A stretch of 32,000 bases of DNA from Desulfocapsa sulfexigens DSM 10523. GTDB lineage: Bacteria; Desulfobacterota; Desulfobulbia; Desulfobulbales; Desulfocapsaceae. Within the stretch, counting starts at the first letter, position 1. Every line of letters begins with the position of its first letter. The stretch is from NCBI RefSeq assembly GCF_000341395.1, contig NC_020304.1:2550001-2582000 (forward strand), written 5' to 3'. The notes beneath the pieces are model-generated. The model did no database searches and had not been told where the DNA came from. It saw nothing but the letters and a program-made list of their open reading frames with translations. Shown here in pieces: positions 7,651 to 15,809 of the stretch. Both the position numbers and the translations under genes were made by a program.

Positions 7651-8031
7651 ATGAAAAAACTTTTTGGTTTTAACCTGTTGTTAGCTGTTTTTTTTCTTTC
7701 ATGGGTCTGTGCTGGCGCAGGTGACAGCGGTAGTGTTGGAGTTTCGGCCACGTCAGCTCATCCTGAAATAACGGAGCAGGAAAAGCTTCTGCCATGCTTT
7801 GAATGTCACAAGGAAGCCACACCCGAAATCTACAATGAATGGTTTGATTCATTGCATGGTATCGGTATGGTCAAGTGCTATCAATGTCATGGAACTTATG
7901 AAAATATGAAGATAGAGCCCGAGGCTTCTGACTGTATGGTTTGTCATGTTGACCAGATAAAAAAATGTCCTCAAGACAAGAAGTGCTGGTCTTGTCATAC
8001 TGCCCATACTTTTAAACGCAATGCGAAATAG
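7651..8031 (+). CDS. napM: Small periplasmic tetrahaem cytochrome c, NapM-like
   Basis: RBS GGGGAGG. Signal peptide present. Four CXXCH motifs (CFECH, CYQCH, CMVCH, CWSCH) in 126 aa. It lies directly upstream of napA, as napM does in the Desulfovibrio desulfuricans napCMADGH cluster (recalled, not searched). Confidence 0.7.
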   Translation: MKKLFGFNLLLAVFFLSWVCAGAGDSGSVGVSATSAHPEITEQEKLLPCFECHKEATPEIYNEWFDSLHGIGMVKCYQCHGTYENMKIEPEASDCMVCHVDQIKKCPQDKKCWSCHTAHTFKRNAK

Positions 8032-8040
8032 GAGGAAGCC

Positions 8041-10428
8041 ATGACACAGTCAAGACGTGAATTTCTGAAACGAACTGCAGCACTGAGTGCGGCGGCCTAT
8101 GTTGGAGTGACCCTGCCTTTTGACGAAAAAGGACTGGTATATGCAGCCAGTGAAACTGTCTGGCACCGCGGATCATGCAGACTTTGTGGTGTGGGATGCA
8201 GGGTTGAACTGGGGGTAAAGAATGGAACCCCCGTTGCCCTTCGTGGAGTACCCGAGTCACGAACTAATTTTGGTTATGTATGTATGAAGGGGATGCACTT
8301 TTGGAAGGTGATGAACCATGCCGACCGACTGACAACTCCTCTCTATCGAGCCAGTAAAAAAGACAAATTCAAACCTATATCCTGGGATGAGGCACTTGAT
8401 ATCGCCGCAGATAAATTTGCTACTGCGGTCAAGGAACATGGAAACGATTCCGTGGCCTACTACGGATCAGGCCAGGCCCTTACCGAAGAAACGTATTTCT
8501 TCCAGAAAATGTTTCGCGGAGGGCTGCAGACGAATAATGTTGAAGGTAACCCAAGGCTCTGTATGGCCAGTGCCGTTGGTGGTTATCTGACCTCCTTTGG
8601 TGCTGATGAGCCGATAGGTGGCTATGCCGATATTGAAAAAGCGGATTGTATCTTTATTATTGGATCCAATATGGCTGAGGCGCATCCCGTTGTTTTCCGG
8701 CGGGTGATGAGAAGAAAACTGGATAACCCGGACGTTACTGTCATTAACGCTGATCCCCGTATTTCCCTTACTTCCCGTATTGCCGATATCCATCTGCAGT
8801 TCCATCCGGGAACCGATCTTGCCCTGTTAAATGCCATGGCCCATGTCATTGTTAAAGAGAAGCTGTACGATGAAGCTTTTCTCAAGGACTACGTAGCGAT
8901 TAAAAAGGGGAAGGCCGTTTCCATCGACTTTGCGGAATATGAGCAGTTTCTGGAGAAGTATACTCCTGAATACGCTGCAAAGATCATGGGAGGGAAGGTG
9001 ACTCCCGATCAGATTCGTGAGGTTGCACGAAGGTTTGCCACTTCCAAGGGGACATTAAGTTTCTGGACCATGGGGCTGAATCAGCGAAAACAGGGGGTTT
9101 GGGCAAACAATCTGGTACACAATCTCCATATTCTTACAGGTCAGCTCTTAAAAGAGGGAGCAGACAGCCTTTCACTTACCGGCCAGCCAAATGCCTGCGG
9201 TGGTGTTCGAGAAGGTGGCGGACTCTGTCATATCCTGCCAGGACACCGTCTGGTGGCAAAAGAAAAACTGCGCAACCAGGTAGAAGAGGCCTGGGGTATT
9301 CCCAAGGGGCGCATACCACCCAAACCCGGTTATCACACCATGGCCATGTTCACCGCGGTGAATGAGAAAAAAATAAAGGCAATGTGGGTACATTGTACCA
9401 GTCCGGTACAGAGTCTGCCAAACTGTAACCTCTATAACGAGGGAATGGCTAAAGATGATTGTTTTATGGTTTGTACCGATATCTTTCCCACTCTGACCAC
9501 GGAGCTTGCAGCAAACCTCATTCTGCCCACTGCGTTTCATTTTGAGAAAACCGGAGTATATGGCTGCACTGAGCGACGATCTCAGATCACACGCAAGGCC
9601 ATAGATCCACCAAAAGGTGCCAAGCCTGAGGTCTGGATTATCAGGGAGTGGGGCAGGAAGCTCGCCGAGAAACTGAACGACCCGGTCATTGCCCAGTGTA
9701 TAAAACCCTTTGAGGGGCTTGAAGAAGGTTATGAACTTCCCAAAGCTATCTGGGATGAGTATTCACAGAAGCTTACCAAGGGGCGTGATAATGATCTGCG
9801 TGGTGCAAGCTATGAGGTGTTGGAGCAGATGTACGATGGAGTGCAGTGGCCAGCCCCGACAGAGGCGTTTGCCCTCACTGGCGGTACTGTGAAGAAATTT
9901 GTCCGTGGCATGGACCCCATGGCTGACAGCCATGGTAAGGATGATAAGCCGTATCAGTTTTATGGCCCGGCCCACCCGGATCAGAAACTCTGGTTGTGGC
10001 AGCGTCCACAGGCCGATCCTGAAGAGATTCCAGACGCGGAATATCCTTTCTATCTCTCCACGGGGCGCATTATTGACCACTGGCACACCATGAGTATGAC
10101 CGGGAGAGTCAAAGAGTTGCTGCGTGCCAACCCCTATTCCTATATTGAGGTTAATCCTGCAGATGCCAAACGCATGGGAATCAAACCGGGAGATATGGTG
10201 GAGATTACCTCCAGGCGTGGAACCAATATCATGCCGGCCAAGGTGTATGAAGGCCCCATTGAGGGAATGGTCTTTGCTTACTGGCATGATCAGCATCCGG
10301 ATCGGATGATTAATAAGGTCACTAAAGATGCCTATGATCCCGGATCCAAGGAGCCTGAATTTAAGATCTGTGCCTGCAGGATCAAGAGAGTTTCCGGTCC
10401 TAAGGCCCTGAAACCCTATATTGTCTGA
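8041..10428 (+). CDS. napA: Periplasmic nitrate reductase catalytic subunit NapA (molybdopterin oxidoreductase)
   Basis: RBS AGGAGG. Tat leader SRREFLKRTAALSAAAYVG. N-terminal 4Fe-4S motif CRLCGVGC...C. 795 aa with molybdopterin-oxidoreductase blocks (IGSNMAEAHPV, RIIDHWHTMSMTG). napD, napG and napH follow. Confidence 0.96.
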   Translation: MTQSRREFLKRTAALSAAAYVGVTLPFDEKGLVYAASETVWHRGSCRLCGVGCRVELGVKNGTPVALRGVPESRTNFGYVCMKGMHFWKVMNHADRLTTPLYRASKKDKFKPISWDEALDIAADKFATAVKEHGNDSVAYYGSGQALTEETYFFQKMFRGGLQTNNVEGNPRLCMASAVGGYLTSFGADEPIGGYADIEKADCIFIIGSNMAEAHPVVFRRVMRRKLDNPDVTVINADPRISLTSRIADIHLQFHPGTDLALLNAMAHVIVKEKLYDEAFLKDYVAIKKGKAVSIDFAEYEQFLEKYTPEYAAKIMGGKVTPDQIREVARRFATSKGTLSFWTMGLNQRKQGVWANNLVHNLHILTGQLLKEGADSLSLTGQPNACGGVREGGGLCHILPGHRLVAKEKLRNQVEEAWGIPKGRIPPKPGYHTMAMFTAVNEKKIKAMWVHCTSPVQSLPNCNLYNEGMAKDDCFMVCTDIFPTLTTELAANLILPTAFHFEKTGVYGCTERRSQITRKAIDPPKGAKPEVWIIREWGRKLAEKLNDPVIAQCIKPFEGLEEGYELPKAIWDEYSQKLTKGRDNDLRGASYEVLEQMYDGVQWPAPTEAFALTGGTVKKFVRGMDPMADSHGKDDKPYQFYGPAHPDQKLWLWQRPQADPEEIPDAEYPFYLSTGRIIDHWHTMSMTGRVKELLRANPYSYIEVNPADAKRMGIKPGDMVEITSRRGTNIMPAKVYEGPIEGMVFAYWHDQHPDRMINKVTKDAYDPGSKEPEFKICACRIKRVSGPKALKPYIV

Positions 10429-10452
10429 TCAATACCTTATCCTTAACACAAG

Positions 10453-10483
10453 GCTGTCTCCCTGAAACCTTCAGGGAGACAGC
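10453..10483 (+). other. Perfect 14-bp stem-loop between napA and napD
   Basis: gctgtctccctgaa (10453-10466), loop acc, ttcagggagacagc (10470-10483): a perfect inverted repeat. Only TT follows, so it is more likely an mRNA stabiliser, processing site or attenuator than a full terminator. Confidence 0.6.
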
Positions 10484-10508
10484 TTGTATCCAGTTCGAGA
10501 GGAATTCT

Positions 10509-10823
10509 ATGGTAATTGGTGGTTTTGTCGTGCAAACGCTGCCCGGAGAACGCAATGTGATTGTGGAAAAACTGACATCTCTGCAGGGGGTTGAGGTGTA
10601 TGGTGCTGATAAGAAAGGAAATATTGTAACCGTGGTTGAGGCCGACTCCTCTGATGCTCTGGGGGAGGTGGTCAAGTTGATGGAAAAGCTGGACGATGTT
10701 CTTAATGTGGGGATGACCTACATGAACATGGAAGACGAAGCTGAACAGATTGCCAGTGGTGAAAGTACTCCCGGAGTGTTTACAGGGAGGAAACAAAAAC
10801 AGGCCTCCTTTGAAGCGTCGTGA
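10509..10823 (+). CDS. napD: NapD, NapA-specific Tat proofreading chaperone
   Basis: 104 aa. MVIGGFVVQTLPGERNVIVEKLTSLQGVEVYG...IVTVVEA is the typical NapD ferredoxin-like fold signature, and the gene sits between napA and napG. Confidence 0.85.
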   Translation: MVIGGFVVQTLPGERNVIVEKLTSLQGVEVYGADKKGNIVTVVEADSSDALGEVVKLMEKLDDVLNVGMTYMNMEDEAEQIASGESTPGVFTGRKQKQASFEAS

Positions 10824-11406
10824 ATTTATAAAAATAGCTACCGGCGCTTTTTCTGCGACGGTTCTCCTCCCTGCAGCTGCCAGAGCCTGGAGTCTGGTGA
10901 AATCCCCGGTTGGGACTAACAGGCTGCGTCCTCCTGGAGCGGTTCCGGAAGAAATATTTGCCGGTAAGTGTATCCGCTGCGGGCGTTGTGTGGAGGTTTG
11001 TCCTTACCGTTCAATCGCCCTCCTTGACATTCGATCCGGTATTTATGCCGGAACACCAATTATTGCAGCGGAAAAGATCCCCTGTTACCTCTGTATGAAG
11101 TGCGTGGAGGTCTGTCCCACCGGTACCCTTCTGAAAGTCCGGCAGGATGAGACCCGTATGGGAATGGCTGTTGTGAATAAGCATACCTGTTACAGCTGGC
11201 AGAGCCTCACCATATGCAGAACCTGTTTTGATGTCTGCCCATATAAAGAAAAGGCCATCAGCCTGGATCAGTTACGTCCTGTTGTGCTGGAGGATTTCTG
11301 CGTGGGATGCGGAATTTGTACACATGCCTGTCCGGTGACAGCAGAAGATGGAGAAAAGGCAATTACCATTGAACCCATCTATGCCCGGGAGCGTGTGCAA
11401 TGGTAG
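10750..11406 (+). CDS. napG: NapG, Tat-exported 4x[4Fe-4S] ferredoxin
   Basis: Tat leader KRREFIKIATGAF. Four CxxCxxCxxxCP groups: CIRCGRCVEVCP, CYLCMKCVEVCP, C..CRTCFDVCP and CVGCGICTHACP. The start is uncertain. The longest ORF starts at TTG 10750 and overlaps napD by 74 nt. In-frame GTG 10756/10759 or TTG 10810 are alternatives. Confidence 0.85.
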   Translation: MPVVKVLPECLQGGNKNRPPLKRREFIKIATGAFSATVLLPAAARAWSLVKSPVGTNRLRPPGAVPEEIFAGKCIRCGRCVEVCPYRSIALLDIRSGIYAGTPIIAAEKIPCYLCMKCVEVCPTGTLLKVRQDETRMGMAVVNKHTCYSWQSLTICRTCFDVCPYKEKAISLDQLRPVVLEDFCVGCGICTHACPVTAEDGEKAITIEPIYARERVQW

Positions 11407-12239
11407 AAAAAAAGAAGAACAGGATCCATGTAATACGTTTTCTGGTTCTAACCGGGGCGTTTCTTCTTATCCTGGTCAATCCATTTCTCAACTATTACCT
11501 GCAAATAAATTTTATCCAGGGATGGTATCAGTCCTTTGGAATCGGGAACCTCTGGTTTGTGTCACCTCTGGAAGGCCTGGAAAGTCTCCTGGTTACAAAA
11601 CATCTTTTCCTTCCCACCCTCATCGGTATGCTGCTTCCAGTATGTCTCGCTGCCTTACTCGGGTCGGTGTACTGCAGCTGGCTCTGTCCCATTAGTTTTT
11701 TTCATGAAATTCTCGATTTTCTGCGCAGGAAGGTGACCCGTAAAAAACGGCTCAGGGATAGAATGGTCCTTTCACGTCGTATTCTCTGGTACGCCCTGAT
11801 AGCCGAAATTTTGCTGACTCTCATTCTTGCGGCTCCCATATTCGTTTTTATGTCGCCGCCAGGCCTTGTGGGGCGTGAGATAATGATCGCCGTTTTTTTT
11901 CACACTCTGGCCCTGGAGGGGATTATCATTCTTTTTGTTCTTATGATGAACCTGGTAACTAGGAGATTTTACTGTCGTTATCTCTGTCCTCTGGGGGCTA
12001 CTCTAAATATCATTGGCAGCAGGAGGAAGCTGCGGGTTGTTCAGGATCTCCAGGCCTGCACAGCCTGTAGTCGGTGTGATCAGATCTGTCCTCTGGGGCT
12101 GACTCCATCCCTGGGTATGGCGGAGTCTATCTATTGCTGGAACTGCGGAGAGTGCACAACGGTCTGTCAACCAGGTGCTCTTATGTACCACTGGGGAGAA
12201 AAGGTCGTTCTTGAGCAGGTAAAGCCAGACTCTTTGTAA
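11400..12239 (+). CDS. napH: NapH, membrane-bound polyferredoxin quinol dehydrogenase subunit
   Basis: The ATG overlaps the napG stop. Four hydrophobic helices. Two CxxCP motifs (CSWLCP, CRYLCP). C-terminal clusters CTACSRCDQICP and CWNCGECTTVCQ. Confidence 0.9.
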   Translation: MVEKKKNRIHVIRFLVLTGAFLLILVNPFLNYYLQINFIQGWYQSFGIGNLWFVSPLEGLESLLVTKHLFLPTLIGMLLPVCLAALLGSVYCSWLCPISFFHEILDFLRRKVTRKKRLRDRMVLSRRILWYALIAEILLTLILAAPIFVFMSPPGLVGREIMIAVFFHTLALEGIIILFVLMMNLVTRRFYCRYLCPLGATLNIIGSRRKLRVVQDLQACTACSRCDQICPLGLTPSLGMAESIYCWNCGECTTVCQPGALMYHWGEKVVLEQVKPDSL

Positions 12240-12257
12240 GACTGGGGACTTCTTTTT

Positions 12258-12605
12258 TCACTGTACCTTCATTGTATCTTCTTCATCAATAAAGTGGTGG
12301 AGTTTGTGTGCCTTTTCTTTTTCCTGTATCATTTTCCGTGCTTCATCTTCACTGATATCAAGATTTCTGGCCAGATCTTCCACACGGTAGCAGGGTTGTC
12401 CATCCGGGGCGTATCCTTTAGCCTGTAAATCCGGGAAACATTCATGGGTTGCTGTACCGGAGGAGGCGAGAAGTATTTCGCGTACATCATCAGGGCCGTA
12501 AAGAATAAGCCACTCAACTGCCTCTGCCCAGAGTCTGGCATCCACGGTCTGATGCTTTAGTACTTTCATTGCCGATGCAAGATCCCATTCGTCCTTTAGT
12601 TCCAT
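12258..12605 (-). CDS. Hypothetical small acidic cytoplasmic protein
   Basis: 115-aa ORF with an ATG start and GGAG about 11 nt upstream. No signal peptide and no recognisable motif. Convergent with napH and divergent from the SPFH gene. Confidence 0.55.
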   Translation of the reverse strand: MELKDEWDLASAMKVLKHQTVDARLWAEAVEWLILYGPDDVREILLASSGTATHECFPDLQAKGYAPDGQPCYRVEDLARNLDISEDEARKMIQEKEKAHKLHHFIDEEDTMKVQ

Positions 12606-12708
12606 ACTTTCTCTTTCTCCATGATTTTTTCTTTTTTCTGCGACTTTGTTATACTATAATTCCATTATACAAAGATGCAACACACTCGGGTATGACAAAG
12701 GAGAGGAT

Positions 12709-13839
12709 ATGAACCAGTTTGACAGTGCAGTCTTTCTTGAGAATATTGAATGGTTTGATGAGACAGGTGAAGAGCTGGTCCATCGTCTTCCGGAAACCGG
12801 ATCAGGGGAAATTAAGTGGGGTGCCCAACTTACAGTTCGTGAAAGTCAGGCCGCCGTTCTCTTTTATAAGGGAAAGGCCTGTGATGCTTTTGCTGCAGGG
12901 CGTCACACCCTGAAAACCGGAAACCTGCCAATTCTCACTAAAATTCTATCCATCCCATGGCGCGGTAACAGCCCCTTACGGGCTGAAGTGTATATGGTAA
13001 ATTTGAAATATTTCACTAACCTGAAATGGGGAACCATGAGCCCCGTGGCATTCAAGGATAGTGAACTAGGGCTGATTCGGCTTCGGGCTCACGGTGTCTT
13101 TAATATTCAGATTGTCCAGCCGGTGCTGTTTATCAATTCACTGGTTGGAACCATGGGAAAACTGACCACCGATGATATTGCCGGTTATCTCAAGCAAGTG
13201 ATAGTGTCACGTTTTAATGATTATCTTGGTGAGACACTTGATACCATCCTTGACCTCGCCGGACAGTTTGATGAGCTCTCCATTGAACTTCAAAAACGGC
13301 TGGTGGGTGATTTTTCTCACTTCGGGCTTCATCTGAGCCACCTCTATATTACCTCAATCACTCCACCGGAGGAAGTCCAGAAGGCAATCGATGACAAGAG
13401 CAGGCTCAATGTTATTGATGACATGGAGAAGTTTGTGAAAATGAAGGCAGCCATGGCCATGGAGAAGGCAGCTGAAAATCAGGGTGAGGCCGGGGCAGGT
13501 ATGGGGCTTGGTATGGGGATGATGATGCCGGCGATGTTTGCTGCAGGATCCGTTTCCTCAACTGCAGCGCCGGAAGAGACAGTTCTTGGGAAGATTGTCT
13601 GTCCCGATTGTCAGAACAGAATTCCAGCTGATGCCCGGTTCTGTCCGCTTTGCGGGCATCAGCAACTTGTGTTCAGTCAGTGCGTTAACTGTGGGAAAAA
13701 CATGGCACCCAATGCCAAATTCTGTTCTAAGTGTGGTCATTCGGCGAGTGAAAAGCCAAGGGCTGTTGTCTGTCCAAAGTGCCATGAGAAAAACATCCCG
13801 GGGGCGACCTACTGCAACCAATGCGGCCATCGACTGTAA
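12709..13839 (+). CDS. SPFH/Band-7 domain protein with C-terminal triple zinc ribbon (COG4260/YdjI-like)
   Basis: Start set at ATG 12709, preceded by AAGGAGAGG; the ORF-track start at 12646 lacks an RBS. The N-terminal body matches the YdjI-type SPFH pattern as I recall it. A Gly/Met-rich hydrophobic linker (GAGMGLGMGMMMPAMFAAG) follows. Then come three repeats of C-x2-C-x10-C-x2-C-G-H. Confidence 0.8.
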   Translation: MNQFDSAVFLENIEWFDETGEELVHRLPETGSGEIKWGAQLTVRESQAAVLFYKGKACDAFAAGRHTLKTGNLPILTKILSIPWRGNSPLRAEVYMVNLKYFTNLKWGTMSPVAFKDSELGLIRLRAHGVFNIQIVQPVLFINSLVGTMGKLTTDDIAGYLKQVIVSRFNDYLGETLDTILDLAGQFDELSIELQKRLVGDFSHFGLHLSHLYITSITPPEEVQKAIDDKSRLNVIDDMEKFVKMKAAMAMEKAAENQGEAGAGMGLGMGMMMPAMFAAGSVSSTAAPEETVLGKIVCPDCQNRIPADARFCPLCGHQQLVFSQCVNCGKNMAPNAKFCSKCGHSASEKPRAVVCPKCHEKNIPGATYCNQCGHRL

Positions 13840-13991
13840 ATGGTTCCAGGCACCACATCTCTGCGTGATTTGTCCTTGCTGCAGAGGAAAAACTTTTGTG
13901 GCAAAAAACGATCAAGTGAACCTGCAGCACCTGAAACGATTTACTGCTCATTTTTTCTCAAACATCAAACCGCCTTTCGCGAATTTATATC

Positions 13992-15239
13992 ATGGATCTG
14001 ACAATCCATCAAAACTGCCCTTCCTGTGGTGCCCCTATAGAACTTCACGAAGCAGACCGGCTGATTCGTTGTCCTTATTGTGAGGTGAAAAACTTTATGG
14101 TAAGCCGGGGAGTGCTCCGCTTTGTTCTCCCTGACAGGGCGCCGGAGAATATTGAACGCAGTGAAATGTTTTATGCGCCCTATCTCCGCTTTAAAGGCAA
14201 TATCTACTATTGCAAAGGAAAACATCAGAAATACAAGGTCGTTGATACTACTCAGCAGGGAATGAATGCCAGAGCCTTACCGCCTTCTCTTGGTCTGAGA
14301 CCACAGGCAATGCCGGTTTCTTTGGTGACTGAAGAGATACAAGGTACTTTCCTCCGTCAGACTGTGAAGGCTAAAACACTCCTTGAACGGGCAGCACTGC
14401 TCACAGTGATTGATTCCGAAAAGATTAAAGCTCCCTTTTATCATCGGGCCTATATTGGCGAATCCTTGAGCTGTATTTATCTGCCTTTGTATATTAAGGA
14501 TGAGATCCTCTATGATGCTGTGACCAATAAACCCCTGGCAAGTGGTGGATCTGCCGAAAATATGCGAAAGAGCGGGAGTGGCTATCATCCAACCTGGACA
14601 CCGCATTTTCTCGCCACTCTTTGTCCACAATGTGGAGATGCACTCACGGGAGAGCATGACAGTTTGATTCTTTCCTGCCACAACTGTCATTCTTCCTGGG
14701 CCGAACAACAGGGGAAATTTCATTCCATTGATTGGAGTTGCGTTGTTTCAGCGGAGACTTCTATGTATTATCTTCCGTTCTGGAAAATACGGGTGCGCTC
14801 AACAGCCTTTGGACTCGAAACATTTGCTGATTTTTTGCGAATAACCAACCAGCCGCTGGTAATTCAGGAAAAACATACAGAGATGGATCTTGTATTCTGG
14901 GTACCATCGTTTAAACTCAGGCCTTCAACATTTTTACGGATGGGGAAGAATATTACACTCAGGCAGGCAAAGATTCCAGATGGTGAACCAAAAATGGTAC
15001 AGAGGATGCATCCTGTTACCCTGCAGAGAAAAGAAGCTATCCAGTCCTTGAAGAGTATTCTGGCAGGTGCTGCTTTAAATAAAAAGAAACTCCTGCCGCT
15101 CCTTCCTGATTTGAGCTTTCAGCCAATGTCCACTGAATTGATATATCTGCCATTTTCTGATAAGGGACACGATTTTGTTCAGGAACAGACAGGGATCTCC
15201 CTGGCGAAATCGGTTCTCCACTTTGGCCGGAAACTGTGA
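13992..15239 (+). CDS. Hypothetical protein with two zinc-ribbon modules (internal duplication)
   Basis: 415 aa. It contains CPSCGAPIELHEADRLIRCPYC and CPQCGDALTGEHDSLILSCHNC, with identical C-x2-C-x14-C-x2-C spacing. Each is followed by an aromatic motif (FYAPYLRFK / YYLPFWKIR) and later by IYLP(L/F). No transmembrane segment or signal peptide. Confidence 0.7.
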   Translation: MDLTIHQNCPSCGAPIELHEADRLIRCPYCEVKNFMVSRGVLRFVLPDRAPENIERSEMFYAPYLRFKGNIYYCKGKHQKYKVVDTTQQGMNARALPPSLGLRPQAMPVSLVTEEIQGTFLRQTVKAKTLLERAALLTVIDSEKIKAPFYHRAYIGESLSCIYLPLYIKDEILYDAVTNKPLASGGSAENMRKSGSGYHPTWTPHFLATLCPQCGDALTGEHDSLILSCHNCHSSWAEQQGKFHSIDWSCVVSAETSMYYLPFWKIRVRSTAFGLETFADFLRITNQPLVIQEKHTEMDLVFWVPSFKLRPSTFLRMGKNITLRQAKIPDGEPKMVQRMHPVTLQRKEAIQSLKSILAGAALNKKKLLPLLPDLSFQPMSTELIYLPFSDKGHDFVQEQTGISLAKSVLHFGRKL

Positions 15240-15249
15240 GAATCTAAGC

Positions 15250-15756
15250 ATGAATCACGAAAAGTATATGCAAATTGCCTTGGATCAGGCAACGGAAGCT
15301 CTGAGGCAGGGCGAATTTCCTGTGGGTGCAATTCTGGTCGAGGGGGGCAGAGTTGTTGCAAGTGGACGGAGGATACATAGTCGAGGATTTGCTGCTGCAG
15401 TGAACGAAATTGACCATGCGGAAATTGTTGCCCTGCGTACCTTTCTCTCTCAGGGGCAAATTGTCAAACCGGGTGAGTTAGTGGTTTATTCTACCATGGA
15501 ACCGTGTCTTATGTGCTACTCCACCATGATACTCAATGGAATTCGACACATTGTCTACGCCTATGAAGATGTTATGGGGGGAGGCACTAATCTTCCACTC
15601 AAACAGTTGAATCCACTCTATGCTGAGATGGACGTTGTTATCACTCCGAATGTCCTTCGTGAGCAGAGTCTTGCACTGTTTCAGGAATTTTTTGCTAATC
15701 CCGAGAATACATACTGGAAGGATTCAATCCTTGCCAACTACACCCTGAACCAGTAA
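15250..15756 (+). CDS. CMP/dCMP-type zinc nucleoside deaminase (TadA/guanine deaminase-like)
   Basis: Start set at ATG 15250 (MNHEKYMQIALDQA...). It has the HAE motif (IDHAEIVAL) and the PCxxC motif (EPCLMCYS). The substrate cannot be assigned from the sequence alone. Confidence 0.85.
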   Translation: MNHEKYMQIALDQATEALRQGEFPVGAILVEGGRVVASGRRIHSRGFAAAVNEIDHAEIVALRTFLSQGQIVKPGELVVYSTMEPCLMCYSTMILNGIRHIVYAYEDVMGGGTNLPLKQLNPLYAEMDVVITPNVLREQSLALFQEFFANPENTYWKDSILANYTLNQ

Positions 15757-15809
15757 CTTTGTTTATTAAACCTTCAGTCTTAATAGCTAATCCTTCTACA
15801 TAAAAAATC

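Noticed and set aside
9763-10296. 177-aa minus-strand ORF inside napA
   Set aside because: It lies entirely antisense to a gene whose plus-strand frame carries unmistakable NapA motifs. It has no RBS or recognisable domain and is a typical shadow ORF. The same reasoning applies to 8467-8805, 8622-8885 and 9172-9540.
11348-11695. 115-aa alternative-frame ORF across the napG/napH junction
   Set aside because: The NapG and NapH frames both show complete cluster and transmembrane motifs, and the alternative frame has none.
13538-14083. 181-aa plus-strand ORF bridging the SPFH gene, the intergenic gap and the next gene
   Set aside because: It is an out-of-frame reading of the zinc-ribbon-coding region. 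It overlaps both better-supported genes, and its Arg/Cys/Ser-rich product looks like frame noise.
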